A stretch of DNA of 64,000 nucleotides from an uncultured virus (IMG/VR IMGVR_UViG_3300002835_000117) (Duplodnaviria > Heunggongvirae > Uroviricota > Caudoviricetes): IMG/VR virus record IMGVR_UViG_3300002835_000117; one strand, 5' to 3'. A program made the position numbers and the translations under genes. The stretch's first letter is position 1. Every line of letters begins with the position of its first letter. Below are positions 37,901 to 47,900 of the stretch, in pieces. The notes under the pieces were generated by a model. It worked only from the letters and a program-made list of their open reading frames with translations. It was not told where the DNA came from and searched no databases.

Positions 37901-38597
37901 TTTTGCCGGAGGTCCTGCAGATCCAGAAGCAGTTGCTGCCGGCGTAGGAATTAATCCTTCTTCTTTATCTGGTATTGATCCTAAATTACAAAGTAAAGTT
38001 TTAGGGCAAATAAAAGACCTATCAAAATCTATTCCCTCTGATGTTAATTTAGAACAAGCCGTGGATACAGGTTTAGCGTTTGATATATTGCCGTCGAGCA
38101 AGATTCCAAATATTCCTCCTACTGCGCCATATTCTGTTGCACCTAATCCTTTATCTGAGATTGACAAAAGTTATGCAAGATCTGTAGTTTCTAAAAAAGG
38201 AGTGCAAGGTCTTGCAGACTTATATGGGTCTAGAAGTTTTAAAAATTTGTCAACGAATATTGTACCAGAAGATTTATTAAGTCAAGTTTCAAATAACCCT
38301 CAAAATTTTGAAATTAATCCTTATAAAAATTTAATTTCGACTGAAAATAGAATTGATAGTACTATTATTAAAGATAAGTATGAAACTTCGTCAAAATTAA
38401 TTTCGAATCAAATAGGAAGTAAATCTGTAAAAGATAAAAGTATATTAGGATCAGTTGGGTCTAAATTTGGAAGTAATGCATCTTCTCCAAGTCCACTTGA
38501 TCGACTGTTTAATAAATTAAATGATCCCAATGCGCCTCCTTATACAGGTGATGATCCAATAATTAGAAAAAGATTAGGACTACCACCGTTAGAATAA
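34905..38597 (+). CDS. Baseplate hub protein (gp27-like) with long low-complexity C-terminal extension
   Basis: Position between the gp53-like and gp5-like genes; LEILGDP and FSGSYQV......F..G.FKQTL motifs typical of hub C-terminal barrels. Confidence 0.6.
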   Translation: MSSRIDVQNNVYDSPEISRNTNSEENQFQEQNKQEVVQSGEKNILHNYRSVTYNWTLAGCKKEFLSNPQLLSEGELDFVILKSGGKGTTGLSTNVAGIERKVGEEKITVMEGNEVVVAGTKDITVTDYSASSTVAGFNKDSPGRFDMFIDNVEIQSVASFSKQSNVSMPTSIKFEIIEPYSVNGFLEALYVTSIATGYTSYVQANFILKLEFKGYKDGNEFSDPETVPKSTRYFPITFSNIEVDITERGTRYRCEAVPANEKLFGEANQIKKPLKSEGNTVKEILYNLIKNLNSQTVQMYKDTNAGLDSTQIDEYFIKFKIFDNEQGWIDSDDSPLAKSIFVKVMKENALYKMEDPAETTQPTAYKVEGAPQQNPQPTPQDQSRNPEGSKLTPTKSVIHINENANVHEVIASVIRDSEYTKNLIAFLGKVPNIPDQFGMVDYFTVRIEVTLKNGINKVTKKPAQNITYVVSPYKIHYTEIPNYSDAIINESELKKLSLREYNYIYTGQNYDVINFRLNFNTLFFEALPAAMANDKRPSSQLGSTSDGGKKIGAESPTVGDQKQSQVPLPPKKIAITPVQAYGGNASQPLDDPYSVMARHMHEAVVNSKASLVDGKLEILGDPLFLITGGIGNINLEPEKRGLNKNGEANHLYGQLLITINFRNPIDILPLENGGTMFFDKNRVPFSGSYQVTEILSTFREGVFKQTLSVIRVPGQILDYSVKPTDPKTLLVQTSDPVDQVRADSSTARGASFRPSSATIAEQLSQGSSATTAADQIQEEAPPPPPPPPSGGLGGTPVTNLTRSYGLAGRPSGLFAGSSVIGQPLPVDVSSNIRLMSNNIPSSAIFQGSRMQNSVTGLYINSRQAKDIVPAVSRIPQPSINPGGLFDRAKGDIDSAAALAIATNVLTGNLPKERAIGLLATGVINSALKSIKNQSNVGSGIGEGATVSITNPADTSLPENQFSGTVEPFKKLGKDTLNAVSGMANDVGKFVGKVGDKIKSFAGGPADPEAVAAGVGINPSSLSGIDPKLQSKVLGQIKDLSKSIPSDVNLEQAVDTGLAFDILPSSKIPNIPPTAPYSVAPNPLSEIDKSYARSVVSKKGVQGLADLYGSRSFKNLSTNIVPEDLLSQVSNNPQNFEINPYKNLISTENRIDSTIIKDKYETSSKLISNQIGSKSVKDKSILGSVGSKFGSNASSPSPLDRLFNKLNDPNAPPYTGDDPIIRKRLGLPPLE

Positions 38598-38609
38598 TGG
38601 AAGAATAAT

Positions 38610-40934
38610 ATGGCAAATTTTGAAAAAAGACGCTCGGCAAAATTAGGGTCGCCCGGCCCTTTTTTAGCAGAGGTTAGAAATCACCTAGATCCCACTTATA
38701 TGGGAAGTTTAGAAGTTGCACTATTTAAAGGTGTAGCACCAGATTTTGATCTTCAAGCAGAAACATATATTGTTAGATATTTAAGTCCATTTGCAGGAAA
38801 TACAAGCATAAAATACGAAGGCACTAACAGTTCTGATTTTAACGATGTTCAAAAAAGTTACGGATGGTGGGCAGTACCTCCGGACATTGGATCAACAGTT
38901 ATGGTTGTGTTTATTGACGGGGATCCTAATCAGGGATATTGGTTTGGTTGTGTTTCTGACATGTTTCAAAATCACATGATTCCTGGAATTGCAGCATCAA
39001 AACAATCTGCTATTACGGACGAGCAACGAAGAAAATACGGTACAGATTTGTTACCAGTTGCTGAATTTCATAAATCTTCTCGAAAGTTTTCTTTAAGTGT
39101 TGACAAATTTACCAAACCTGTTCATCCTTTTGCTGATAGGCTATTGCAACAAGGTTTATTACTAGATACTACAAGAGGTGTTACGTCTAGTTCTGCAAGA
39201 AGAGAAATACCTAGCGGAGTATTCGGAATATCTACACCAGGGCCCATTGATGATAGCCCCGGTGCAAAACGTGGAGAAATTGGATATCAATCTAAAGCAA
39301 GGATACCTGTAAGCAGATTGGGTGGTACAACTTTTGTAATGGATGACGGGGATGTTAATGGTCAAAATGAATTAGTAAGATTAAGAACACGCACCGGGCA
39401 TCAAATATTAATGCATAATAGTCAAGATTTAATCTACATTGCTAACAGTAAAGGTACAGCATGGATTGAATTAACTAGTAACGGTAAGATTGATATTTTT
39501 GCTCAGGATAGTGTTAGTATTCATACTGAAAATGATTTTAATTTTAGAGCAGATAGAGATATAAATTTAGAAGCAGGTCGCAACATACACATTAGGGCCG
39601 ATGGAAACATGGAAACAAATATTGTCGGCCATTATTTTTTAAATGTTGATAAAGATGCCAAAATTTCTGTTACGAAAACTTATGATAAAACGATTGGGGG
39701 AGTGGCTAAAGTTTCGGTTGCTAATTCGTTTAATTTAAATGTCGCCGGTGATATTAAAGAAACAGCGGGCGCAAGTTTTAATATAGGAGCAGAATCAAAT
39801 ATCAACATAGGAACTGCTGCAACACTAAATTTAGGCGCCAACGGACAAATTATAGCAAGCGGGTCAGTAATTCATTTGAATGGCCCTGCTGCTGCCGCAC
39901 CTAGCAGTGCAGAAAATGCAGCAATTCCTCCAGATTTGCCTTTATTCACTTTACCTAATAGAAAAGCAAACTCTGGTTGGTCAAACGGAGAATTTTATAA
40001 AGCACCAGATATTAAAAGTATTATGCAGAGGGTTCCAACACACGAACCGTGGGATCAACACGAAAACATTAATCCTCCAAAAGTAGAACCGCCCAAAACA
40101 GATGTAACATTGGCAGATAGAACAGCCGACGGAATCCCTCCAAATCCTGCTTCTGCTGCTGCTCGAGCATCGGGACAAGTAAGTCAAAATACACCGCCAG
40201 TTGAACCAACAAACCCTCCAGTAGTTGTTCCGGGAACTTGTACAATTGAATATGCTAGAGCAATTAACAAAGGAACATCTGGGTTTGGGATAGATGCTTT
40301 AAAAACTGCCGCAGAAAAATATGGGTTAAAAAGTCCTTATGCAGTCGCTTCGTTATTGGGGATTTGCGGAGGAGAAACATTATGGGAAGTAAAAGAAGAA
40401 AATTTTAATTATACTGCTAATCGATTGTTACAAGTGTTTCCTAGTATATTTAAAGGAGATCGAAGCCTTGCAGAAAAGTATGCAGGAAATCCTAATAATA
40501 GTTTACCTGAATTTTTATATGGGTATCAAGGCGCAAAAGGTAGAGAATTAGGAAATAAAGAACCTGGTGACGGAACAAAATTTATTGGCCGAGGCTATAT
40601 ACAAATAACCGGTCGAGCCAACTATGAAAAATATGGAAAATTAATGAAATGGGATTTAGTTAAAAATCCTAAACTATTAAACAGACCAGATCTTGCAGCG
40701 GAATCCGCAGTTATATATCTACTAGACAGAGTTAAATTAGATCAAACTAATCCTGGTTATTTTGAAGCCGCTTGCAAGGCTGTTGGAAATAATACTGCTG
40801 ATATTAAAGCAAAGAAAAAAGGTTTTTATGAATGCTTTTTAGGTCAGTTGCAAGGACAACTTTTAGGAACAGGCTCTGGTGGAATTGTAACAGATGGTCA
40901 GGGAAATCCTATAAGAACCGGGTCTGGAGGTTAA
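38610..40934 (+). CDS. gp5: Baseplate spike (gp5-like) with C-terminal GH19 lysozyme-like domain
   Basis: OB-fold PPDIGSTVMVVFIDGDPNQGYWFG; beta-helix repeats; GH19 motif DGTKFIGRGYIQITGRANY with upstream GET...EENFNY. Confidence 0.8.
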   Translation: MANFEKRRSAKLGSPGPFLAEVRNHLDPTYMGSLEVALFKGVAPDFDLQAETYIVRYLSPFAGNTSIKYEGTNSSDFNDVQKSYGWWAVPPDIGSTVMVVFIDGDPNQGYWFGCVSDMFQNHMIPGIAASKQSAITDEQRRKYGTDLLPVAEFHKSSRKFSLSVDKFTKPVHPFADRLLQQGLLLDTTRGVTSSSARREIPSGVFGISTPGPIDDSPGAKRGEIGYQSKARIPVSRLGGTTFVMDDGDVNGQNELVRLRTRTGHQILMHNSQDLIYIANSKGTAWIELTSNGKIDIFAQDSVSIHTENDFNFRADRDINLEAGRNIHIRADGNMETNIVGHYFLNVDKDAKISVTKTYDKTIGGVAKVSVANSFNLNVAGDIKETAGASFNIGAESNINIGTAATLNLGANGQIIASGSVIHLNGPAAAAPSSAENAAIPPDLPLFTLPNRKANSGWSNGEFYKAPDIKSIMQRVPTHEPWDQHENINPPKVEPPKTDVTLADRTADGIPPNPASAAARASGQVSQNTPPVEPTNPPVVVPGTCTIEYARAINKGTSGFGIDALKTAAEKYGLKSPYAVASLLGICGGETLWEVKEENFNYTANRLLQVFPSIFKGDRSLAEKYAGNPNNSLPEFLYGYQGAKGRELGNKEPGDGTKFIGRGYIQITGRANYEKYGKLMKWDLVKNPKLLNRPDLAAESAVIYLLDRVKLDQTNPGYFEAACKAVGNNTADIKAKKKGFYECFLGQLQGQLLGTGSGGIVTDGQGNPIRTGSGG

Positions 40935-40947
40935 AATAAATATTATT

Positions 40948-41385
40948 ATGCCTTACAAAACTATTGAAATTAATGTTTCTAATTACAGAGAAACTCATAC
41001 TAATAAATTAAGCCAATTTTATAAAGGGTTTAGTACAGTTAACCCATTAAACTTTGGATCAAAATTGTATGATTATGATCTTATCAAACAAAATATTTTA
41101 AATCATTTTAATACTAGAAAAGGTAGTAGGGTGATGAATCCTCAGTTTGGAACAATAATTTGGGATTTATTAATGGAACCTTTAACTGAAGAAACAAGAG
41201 AATTGTTAACTAATGATATAAAAACAATTTGTACTTTTGATCCTAGAACATATCCTACACAGATTGATATAAGAGAATACGAACAGGGATTTTTATTAGA
41301 AATTACTTTGAATTTAACTGAGACAAATCAAAGTACGCAATTGAGGTTAATGTTTGATCAAAAACTTGGCCTTCTTGCAGAATAA
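40948..41385 (+). CDS. gp25: Baseplate wedge subunit (T4 gp25-like)
   Basis: LIKQNILNHFNTRKGSRVMNPQFGT.IWDLLMEP and DPR motifs; AATAAATA at 40935-40942. Confidence 0.9.
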   Translation: MPYKTIEINVSNYRETHTNKLSQFYKGFSTVNPLNFGSKLYDYDLIKQNILNHFNTRKGSRVMNPQFGTIIWDLLMEPLTEETRELLTNDIKTICTFDPRTYPTQIDIREYEQGFLLEITLNLTETNQSTQLRLMFDQKLGLLAE

Positions 41386-41431
41386 AGTATGCAGTTTATT
41401 TTAAAAATAAATATGGTATCGAGTTAAAATT

Positions 41432-44400
41432 ATGATTCCATCTACAAATACAAAATTATTAGTGGCAGAAGATTGGAAAAAAGTATACCAATCTTTTAAA
41501 AATGCCGATTTTAAAAGTTATGATTTTGAAACCCTTAAAAGGGTAATGATTTCTTATCTTCGTGAAAATTATCCTGAAGAATTTAATGACTTCATTGACA
41601 GTAGTGAATACATTGCGTTAATTGATTTAATTGCGTACCTTGGCCAAAATTTAAGTTTTAGAATTGACTTAAATGCTAGAGAAAACTTTTTAGAAACTGC
41701 TGAACGTCGTGAGAGTATTTTAAGATTAGCACAGTTAATTAGTTATAATCCTGCAAGAAATGTTCCAGCAAACGGATTTTTAAAAGTTACTGCTATTTCT
41801 ACTACAGATAATGTTTTTGATGCAAACGGTGTAAATTTAGCAAACACAGTTATTGCGTGGAACGATCCAACAAATCAAGATTGGTATCAGCAATTTGTCA
41901 ACATAATGAATTCTGCAATGACTACAGCGTTTGGCAATCCAGTTGATAGAGATACAATATCTGGAGCGTTAACAGAAAGGTATGTAGTTAACAGTTCTAA
42001 TAATGATGTGCCTATTTTTAATTTTTCAAAAGTTATTAATGGGGTGTCAATGAATTTTGAAATTGTTCCTTGTACTTTTACAGGAGAATCGTACATTTAT
42101 GAAGATTCGCCAGCACCTGGAAAATCATTTAGTTTAATTTATAAAAATGACAATCAAGGCTCGGCTAGTCCAAATACAGGATTTTTAGTTCATTTTAGAC
42201 AAGGAACATTAAGTTTGGCGAACTTTAGTTTAGATAATCCGGTACCTAATGAAATTGTTGGCGTTAATACTCCTAATATTAATAATTCTGATGTTTGGTT
42301 ATGGCAATTAGACAAAAACGGAAATTATAGTACATTATGGACTCAAGTCCCGGCATTACTAGGAAATAACGTAATTTATAATAGTTTAAATCAAAGTTTG
42401 AGATCTATATATGCTGTATCAACTAGAAATGATGATCAAATTGATTTAAATTTTGCTGATGGCGTTTTTGGAGATTTACCTAAAGGAGATTTTCGATTAT
42501 TTTACAGACAGAGCAATGGTTTAAGTTATATAATTAAACCAGAGCAGATGTCTGGAGTAGTTATTACTATTCCATATTTTAATTCATTTGGTCAGTCTCA
42601 AGAATTGCAACTAACGCTAAGTCTTGAATATACGGTAAGCAATAGTGCTGGCCCAGAATCAAATGCTAGTATACAGTTAAAAGCACCTCAACTTTATTAC
42701 ACACAAAATAGAATGATTACTGGAGAAGATTATAACATTTCTCCATTAAATGCCGGGTCTGATATTTTAAAAGTTAAAAGTATTAATAGAATTTCTAGTG
42801 GATTAAGCAAATATTTTGATATTTCTGATGTAACAGGAAAGTATAGTCAAACAAACATTTTTGCAGATGACGGGATTTTGTATAAAGAAGAAATAGAAGA
42901 ATTTTTTGAATTTGATTTTGCCAGCCGATCTCAAATACTTTCTGTAATTAAAAATCAATTAGCGCCTATTGTTAATAGTTCAAAATTAAAAAATTTTTAT
43001 TTAGACAAGTATTCTAAAATTGATTTAGCATATTTAGGTATAAGATGGACCGAAGTTAACAAAATTCCTAACGAAAGTAGAGGATATTTTAATTTAGGAT
43101 CTCAAGTTTTTTCAGTTGGAACATTTTCTATATCTAATTTAAAATATATAACTCCAGGTGCTTTAGTAAAATTCATTGCTCCTACCGGCAAGTATTTTGA
43201 CGATAACAACAACATTAAGACTATTCCAACATCAAATATTATTCCATCTGGTGGAAAAATATATTTTTGGTCGATGGTAAAACAGGTAGTATTAGATGGT
43301 TCAAACGGTGGGCTTGGTGCGCTCGACGACGGCACTGGTCCTATAATTTTTTCAACAAAAATTCCCGGTGACGGTACAAATTCAAATAGTGCTATTCCTA
43401 CAGAAGTTATACCCAAGTATAACAATTTGCTGTCTTTTGGTTTAGAAAATGAAATTTCTAATTTTTGTTTAGGACAAAGAAATTTTGGTTTAACAATTGA
43501 TTCTGTTTCGAGGGAATGGCAATTTATTTTAAATTCTAATTTAAATCTTCAAGATGCATTTTCGTTAGCAAATCAAAATAATATCGAAGATATAGGATTA
43601 GATTCAAGTTGGATAATTTCATTTGTATGGACTGGTAAAAAATATAAAGTAACTTATAGAACTTTAAATTTTGTTTTTGAAAGTAATCAAAAAACAGCAT
43701 TTTTTGTTGACAACTCTTCTGTGAATTACAATTTTAATGATAATACAGTTTTAAAAGATAAAATTAATGTATTATCGGTAAATTCAGTTCCAACAGGTAT
43801 ACCAAAATGGTTTGGAGGCCCTACAAATCCTTCTAATACTATTGGACAGGATGGGTCTTATTATTTGAACACTACTAATGGAACTATATTTCAAAAAATG
43901 TCAGGAGTTTGGGTACAAAGTTCAAATATTACTGGAGAATTAGGTAATGATTTTCTATGGCAAATTGAAAGTCCTACAATAGAAAAAGATGGCTATGTAA
44001 ATCCTAGAAAAGTTAAAATAAATTTTTATGATTTTAACACGCTAGGTCAAATTGAAGATCCTGATTCTTTTGATAAAATTGTCGGCGATAATAAATTTGT
44101 TTATTTTAAATTAGATTCTGATGGCATTTATAGATTAACTACAGATGTAAGAGATGCTATTGAATCAGAAGATAATTGGAATAGTTATCTTTTGAATCCA
44201 ATTAACCAACCGATTAATAATGGAGATTTATTTTATTTTTATAATCCAAACGAGAATGTGGTAAAAAAGTGGTCTACAGAAACTTCAACTTTGATATTTG
44301 ACGAAAACTATATAGGAAGATCAGGAAGGGCTGATTTAAAGTTTCAATATACACACAATAGTGGAAACAATAGAAGAATAGATCCGAGTAAATCAAATAT

Positions 44401-44971
44401 TATTGATATATATCTTTTAACAGTTTCGTATGATAATGAATTTAGACAATATCTATCAGGAGTGGTTAATCAAGAACCACTTGCGCCAACTACGCAAAGT
44501 TTAGAACAAAACTATAAATCAAAATTAGACAACATTAAATCTATTAGTGATGAAATTATTTTTCATCCTGTAAAGTATAAAATTTTATTTGGAGAAAAAG
44601 CAGATCCTAATTTGCAAGCAACATTTAAAGCAGTAAAAAATAACGAAAGACTAATAACTGATAATGATATAAAAACTAAAATTTTAAATGCTATAAATGA
44701 ATTTTTCTCTTTAGAAAATTGGGAATTTGGACAAACTTTTTATTTTAGTGAACTTTCTACATACGTAATGAACAAGTTAACTCCAGACATAACTAACTTT
44801 GTTATAGTACCAAAAGGTAATTCAGGGTTCGGAAGTTTTTATGAAATTTCAAGTCAACCGAATGAACTTTTTATTCATTCAGTATCAATTAATGATATCG
44901 AAGTAATAAGTGCTATAACTGCGTCGCAATTAAAGTCATCTTCGAATATTGTAACATCAAGCGGAACTTAA
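41432..44971 (+). CDS. gp6: Baseplate wedge subunit (T4 gp6-like)
   Basis: YDFETLK, ENFLETAERRESILRLAQLISYNP, FADGVFG.LP, QNRMITGEDY motifs; AATAAATA at 41406-41413. Confidence 0.85.
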   Translation: MIPSTNTKLLVAEDWKKVYQSFKNADFKSYDFETLKRVMISYLRENYPEEFNDFIDSSEYIALIDLIAYLGQNLSFRIDLNARENFLETAERRESILRLAQLISYNPARNVPANGFLKVTAISTTDNVFDANGVNLANTVIAWNDPTNQDWYQQFVNIMNSAMTTAFGNPVDRDTISGALTERYVVNSSNNDVPIFNFSKVINGVSMNFEIVPCTFTGESYIYEDSPAPGKSFSLIYKNDNQGSASPNTGFLVHFRQGTLSLANFSLDNPVPNEIVGVNTPNINNSDVWLWQLDKNGNYSTLWTQVPALLGNNVIYNSLNQSLRSIYAVSTRNDDQIDLNFADGVFGDLPKGDFRLFYRQSNGLSYIIKPEQMSGVVITIPYFNSFGQSQELQLTLSLEYTVSNSAGPESNASIQLKAPQLYYTQNRMITGEDYNISPLNAGSDILKVKSINRISSGLSKYFDISDVTGKYSQTNIFADDGILYKEEIEEFFEFDFASRSQILSVIKNQLAPIVNSSKLKNFYLDKYSKIDLAYLGIRWTEVNKIPNESRGYFNLGSQVFSVGTFSISNLKYITPGALVKFIAPTGKYFDDNNNIKTIPTSNIIPSGGKIYFWSMVKQVVLDGSNGGLGALDDGTGPIIFSTKIPGDGTNSNSAIPTEVIPKYNNLLSFGLENEISNFCLGQRNFGLTIDSVSREWQFILNSNLNLQDAFSLANQNNIEDIGLDSSWIISFVWTGKKYKVTYRTLNFVFESNQKTAFFVDNSSVNYNFNDNTVLKDKINVLSVNSVPTGIPKWFGGPTNPSNTIGQDGSYYLNTTNGTIFQKMSGVWVQSSNITGELGNDFLWQIESPTIEKDGYVNPRKVKINFYDFNTLGQIEDPDSFDKIVGDNKFVYFKLDSDGIYRLTTDVRDAIESEDNWNSYLLNPINQPINNGDLFYFYNPNENVVKKWSTETSTLIFDENYIGRSGRADLKFQYTHNSGNNRRIDPSKSNIIDIYLLTVSYDNEFRQYLSGVVNQEPLAPTTQSLEQNYKSKLDNIKSISDEIIFHPVKYKILFGEKADPNLQATFKAVKNNERLITDNDIKTKILNAINEFFSLENWEFGQTFYFSELSTYVMNKLTPDITNFVIVPKGNSGFGSFYEISSQPNELFIHSVSINDIEVISAITASQLKSSSNIVTSSGT

Positions 44972-44972
44972 A

Positions 44973-47900
44973 ATGGCAGAAAAAAGAAAAACCGTAAATC
45001 TTCTTCCTGAATATATTAGATCAGAAAAAAATTCTAAATTTTTATCTAGCACCATTGATCAATTTATTCAAGAGCCCGAACTTGAAAGAATTAATGCATT
45101 TATTGGTTCAAAATTAACACCTAATTATAATACAATTTTAGATCTTTATTTAGAAAAAGATACCCCATTAAGAAGAAATTATCAGTTAGAGCCGGCTTTA
45201 ATTATTAAAGATTCTCTGTCAAATGTAAAAGATGCTATTGCATATGATGATTTATTAAATGAAATAAAAAATCAAGGTGGAAATACACAAGATCATAATA
45301 AACTTTTTAAAAATGAGTTTAGTGCATACGATCCATTAATTGACTGGGATAAACTAATCAACTATTCTTTTTATTACTGGTTACCGTCGGGTCCTGAATC
45401 AATACTAATTGACAATTTGTCTTCAAATGTTTTGCCATCTATTTTAGGAAATCAAAATTATACTACTAGTTATGGATACAAATTATCCAATGGTATGAAA
45501 TTAACATTTAGTAAAAATGAAACTTATAATGGATTTGAAATAAGCGTTGGTAGAGAATATATCGTTGAAGGGGTAGGAGATTCTATTGTTTTAGTTGATT
45601 TTGACAAATTAGAAATTAATAAGAATTTTGCAGAAACTTTTAACGAAAAATTTGATAATGCACCGTTTGATTCGTTGCCCTTTGACGGCGACAGAAAACT
45701 TCCCGGAACACCCGAATATATCACAATTAATAAATCTAGCAATGATTTAAATCCTTGGACTAGATATAATCGATGGTTTCATGAAGATGTAATTAAGACT
45801 GTTGCTCTGATTAATAATAAATCACCAATTTATCCTGTTCAAAGTAAAGCAAAGAGACCAATTATAGAATTTAAAGCAAATTTAAAACTATACAATTATG
45901 GTGTTAAGGGAATTGGCAATGTTGATTTAATAGATACAATAACAACTAACGCTTTTGATCAAATTGATGGAACATACGGTTATTATGTAGACGGTGTGTT
46001 AGTTGAAGGCGGACAAAAAGTTATTTTCAACAATGATTTAAATGAAAATGTAAAAGGAAAAATTTACAGCATTGAATTTAAAAATAGAATTCAAATTAAC
46101 TTAATTGATACAGCAACTACAAATTTAACTTCACTTTTAAATGGAGTTGTTAGTTCTTCAATAGACGGTGTACCCTTATTAGAAAATCAATTAGTGGTTT
46201 ATAATGCTGCTGCTGATTTAACCAAAAGAGGAATTATTTATAGAGTTCAACAATTCAATGACAACTCAGTTCTAAAATTAAGATTAGTTGAATTTTATAA
46301 AACAAAAGATAGAGATTTAGTTTATATTAAAAATGGAAATTCTCAATCAGAATCTAGATGGTATTTCAATCTAAGCCAGTCGACTTGGATTAAAGAAATA
46401 GGCGATGAATTAATTAAATCTATAAATTATGATCCGTTTTTAGATTCTACTGTGATAAAATTAGTAGAATTTTATAACCCTAATGACTTAGACTCTGTAG
46501 CAATTAATCTTGGAAATATTTATGGAGGAACTGAATGGTATTTCAGTGCTGACGATAAAAACTGGAAATTTGGTCAGCAACATGCCTCTATAAATGATGC
46601 TCCGTTGTTTGATTTGTTTGATAAAAATGGTATTAGTTTTACTAAACAAGAAATAACTAATGATTTTTCGGGAACAAAGATTTTTGGTTACGAAATTGGT
46701 AGTGGAATTTCTGATTCAATTTTAGGATTTCCTTTAAAGAATAATAATTCGGGAATAGGAAACTATCTTTTTAAAAACTATTTCACTACTGATACAATAA
46801 ATGTTACTATTGATAACGTAACTTCTCAAAAAAGTCTTGCATTAGGATATTTAAAATTAGGTAACTTTTTAGTTAATGTTTGGTCTTCGGCGGAAGGATA
46901 TAAAATTCCAATTGTTGAAAATCAAACGGTTCAAACAAATACAACAACAATAGAATTAAAATCATTAGATTATCCTTTTGATACATCTACTCAAGTAATT
47001 TCTTATGTTAACAATAATATTGTTCAATCTACAGTTTCTTTTAATCAAACAGCAACGGTCACATTTTCACAGCCGCTAAAAGAAAATGATGCCATTTATT
47101 TTAATATATTTTCTAATAATTCTCCAAACAACAACGGATTTTATGAACCTGTTTTAAACTTAACTAACAATCCATTAAATGGTCCAATTTCTAGTTTTAC
47201 ATTAAGTGAATTATCAGATCATGTAGGATCGATGATACCAAAAATTACAAATTTTCAAGGACAATTTCCGGGAAAAAGCAATTTAAGAGATTTAAGCAAT
47301 TATTCAAAATTTGGTACAAGGCTTATAATTAATTCTACTCCGCTAGTATATTCAAAATTATTTTTAGCAAAAAAAGATCATAATGTTTTAGATTCCTTAA
47401 GATTTGTTGGGTACTTATATAACCAATATAAATTAAATTTGTTTGACACATTAGGAAAGATTGAAAGTCAGTTTTCTCCTGCAGAAGCATTAGATATTGC
47501 ACTGAAGTATATTAACAGAAACAACAATATAGATTCTTTATTTTACAGGTCCGATATGGTACCTTATGGTGAAGACAAAATTGTTACTGAATTTACGGTT
47601 GGTATCGTAGTTAATAAAATTTACCCTATTAGAGATAATTTTGACAATACAAAGTTAAGTTTTAATGCACTTTCTGTGTATGTAAATGATAGTTTACTAA
47701 TTAACGGTCAAGATTATCAAATAAATTCGTTAGACTCGACAGTAGAAATATTATCAAATTTATCTACTGGAGATAAAATTAAAATTTATTTTTATAACGA
47801 CACCACAGGATCTTTTGTGCCACCGACTCCTAGCAAATTGGGGTTGTATCCAAAATTTAAACCTGCAATAGTCGAAGATACTTCTTATGTACAAGGTCCA

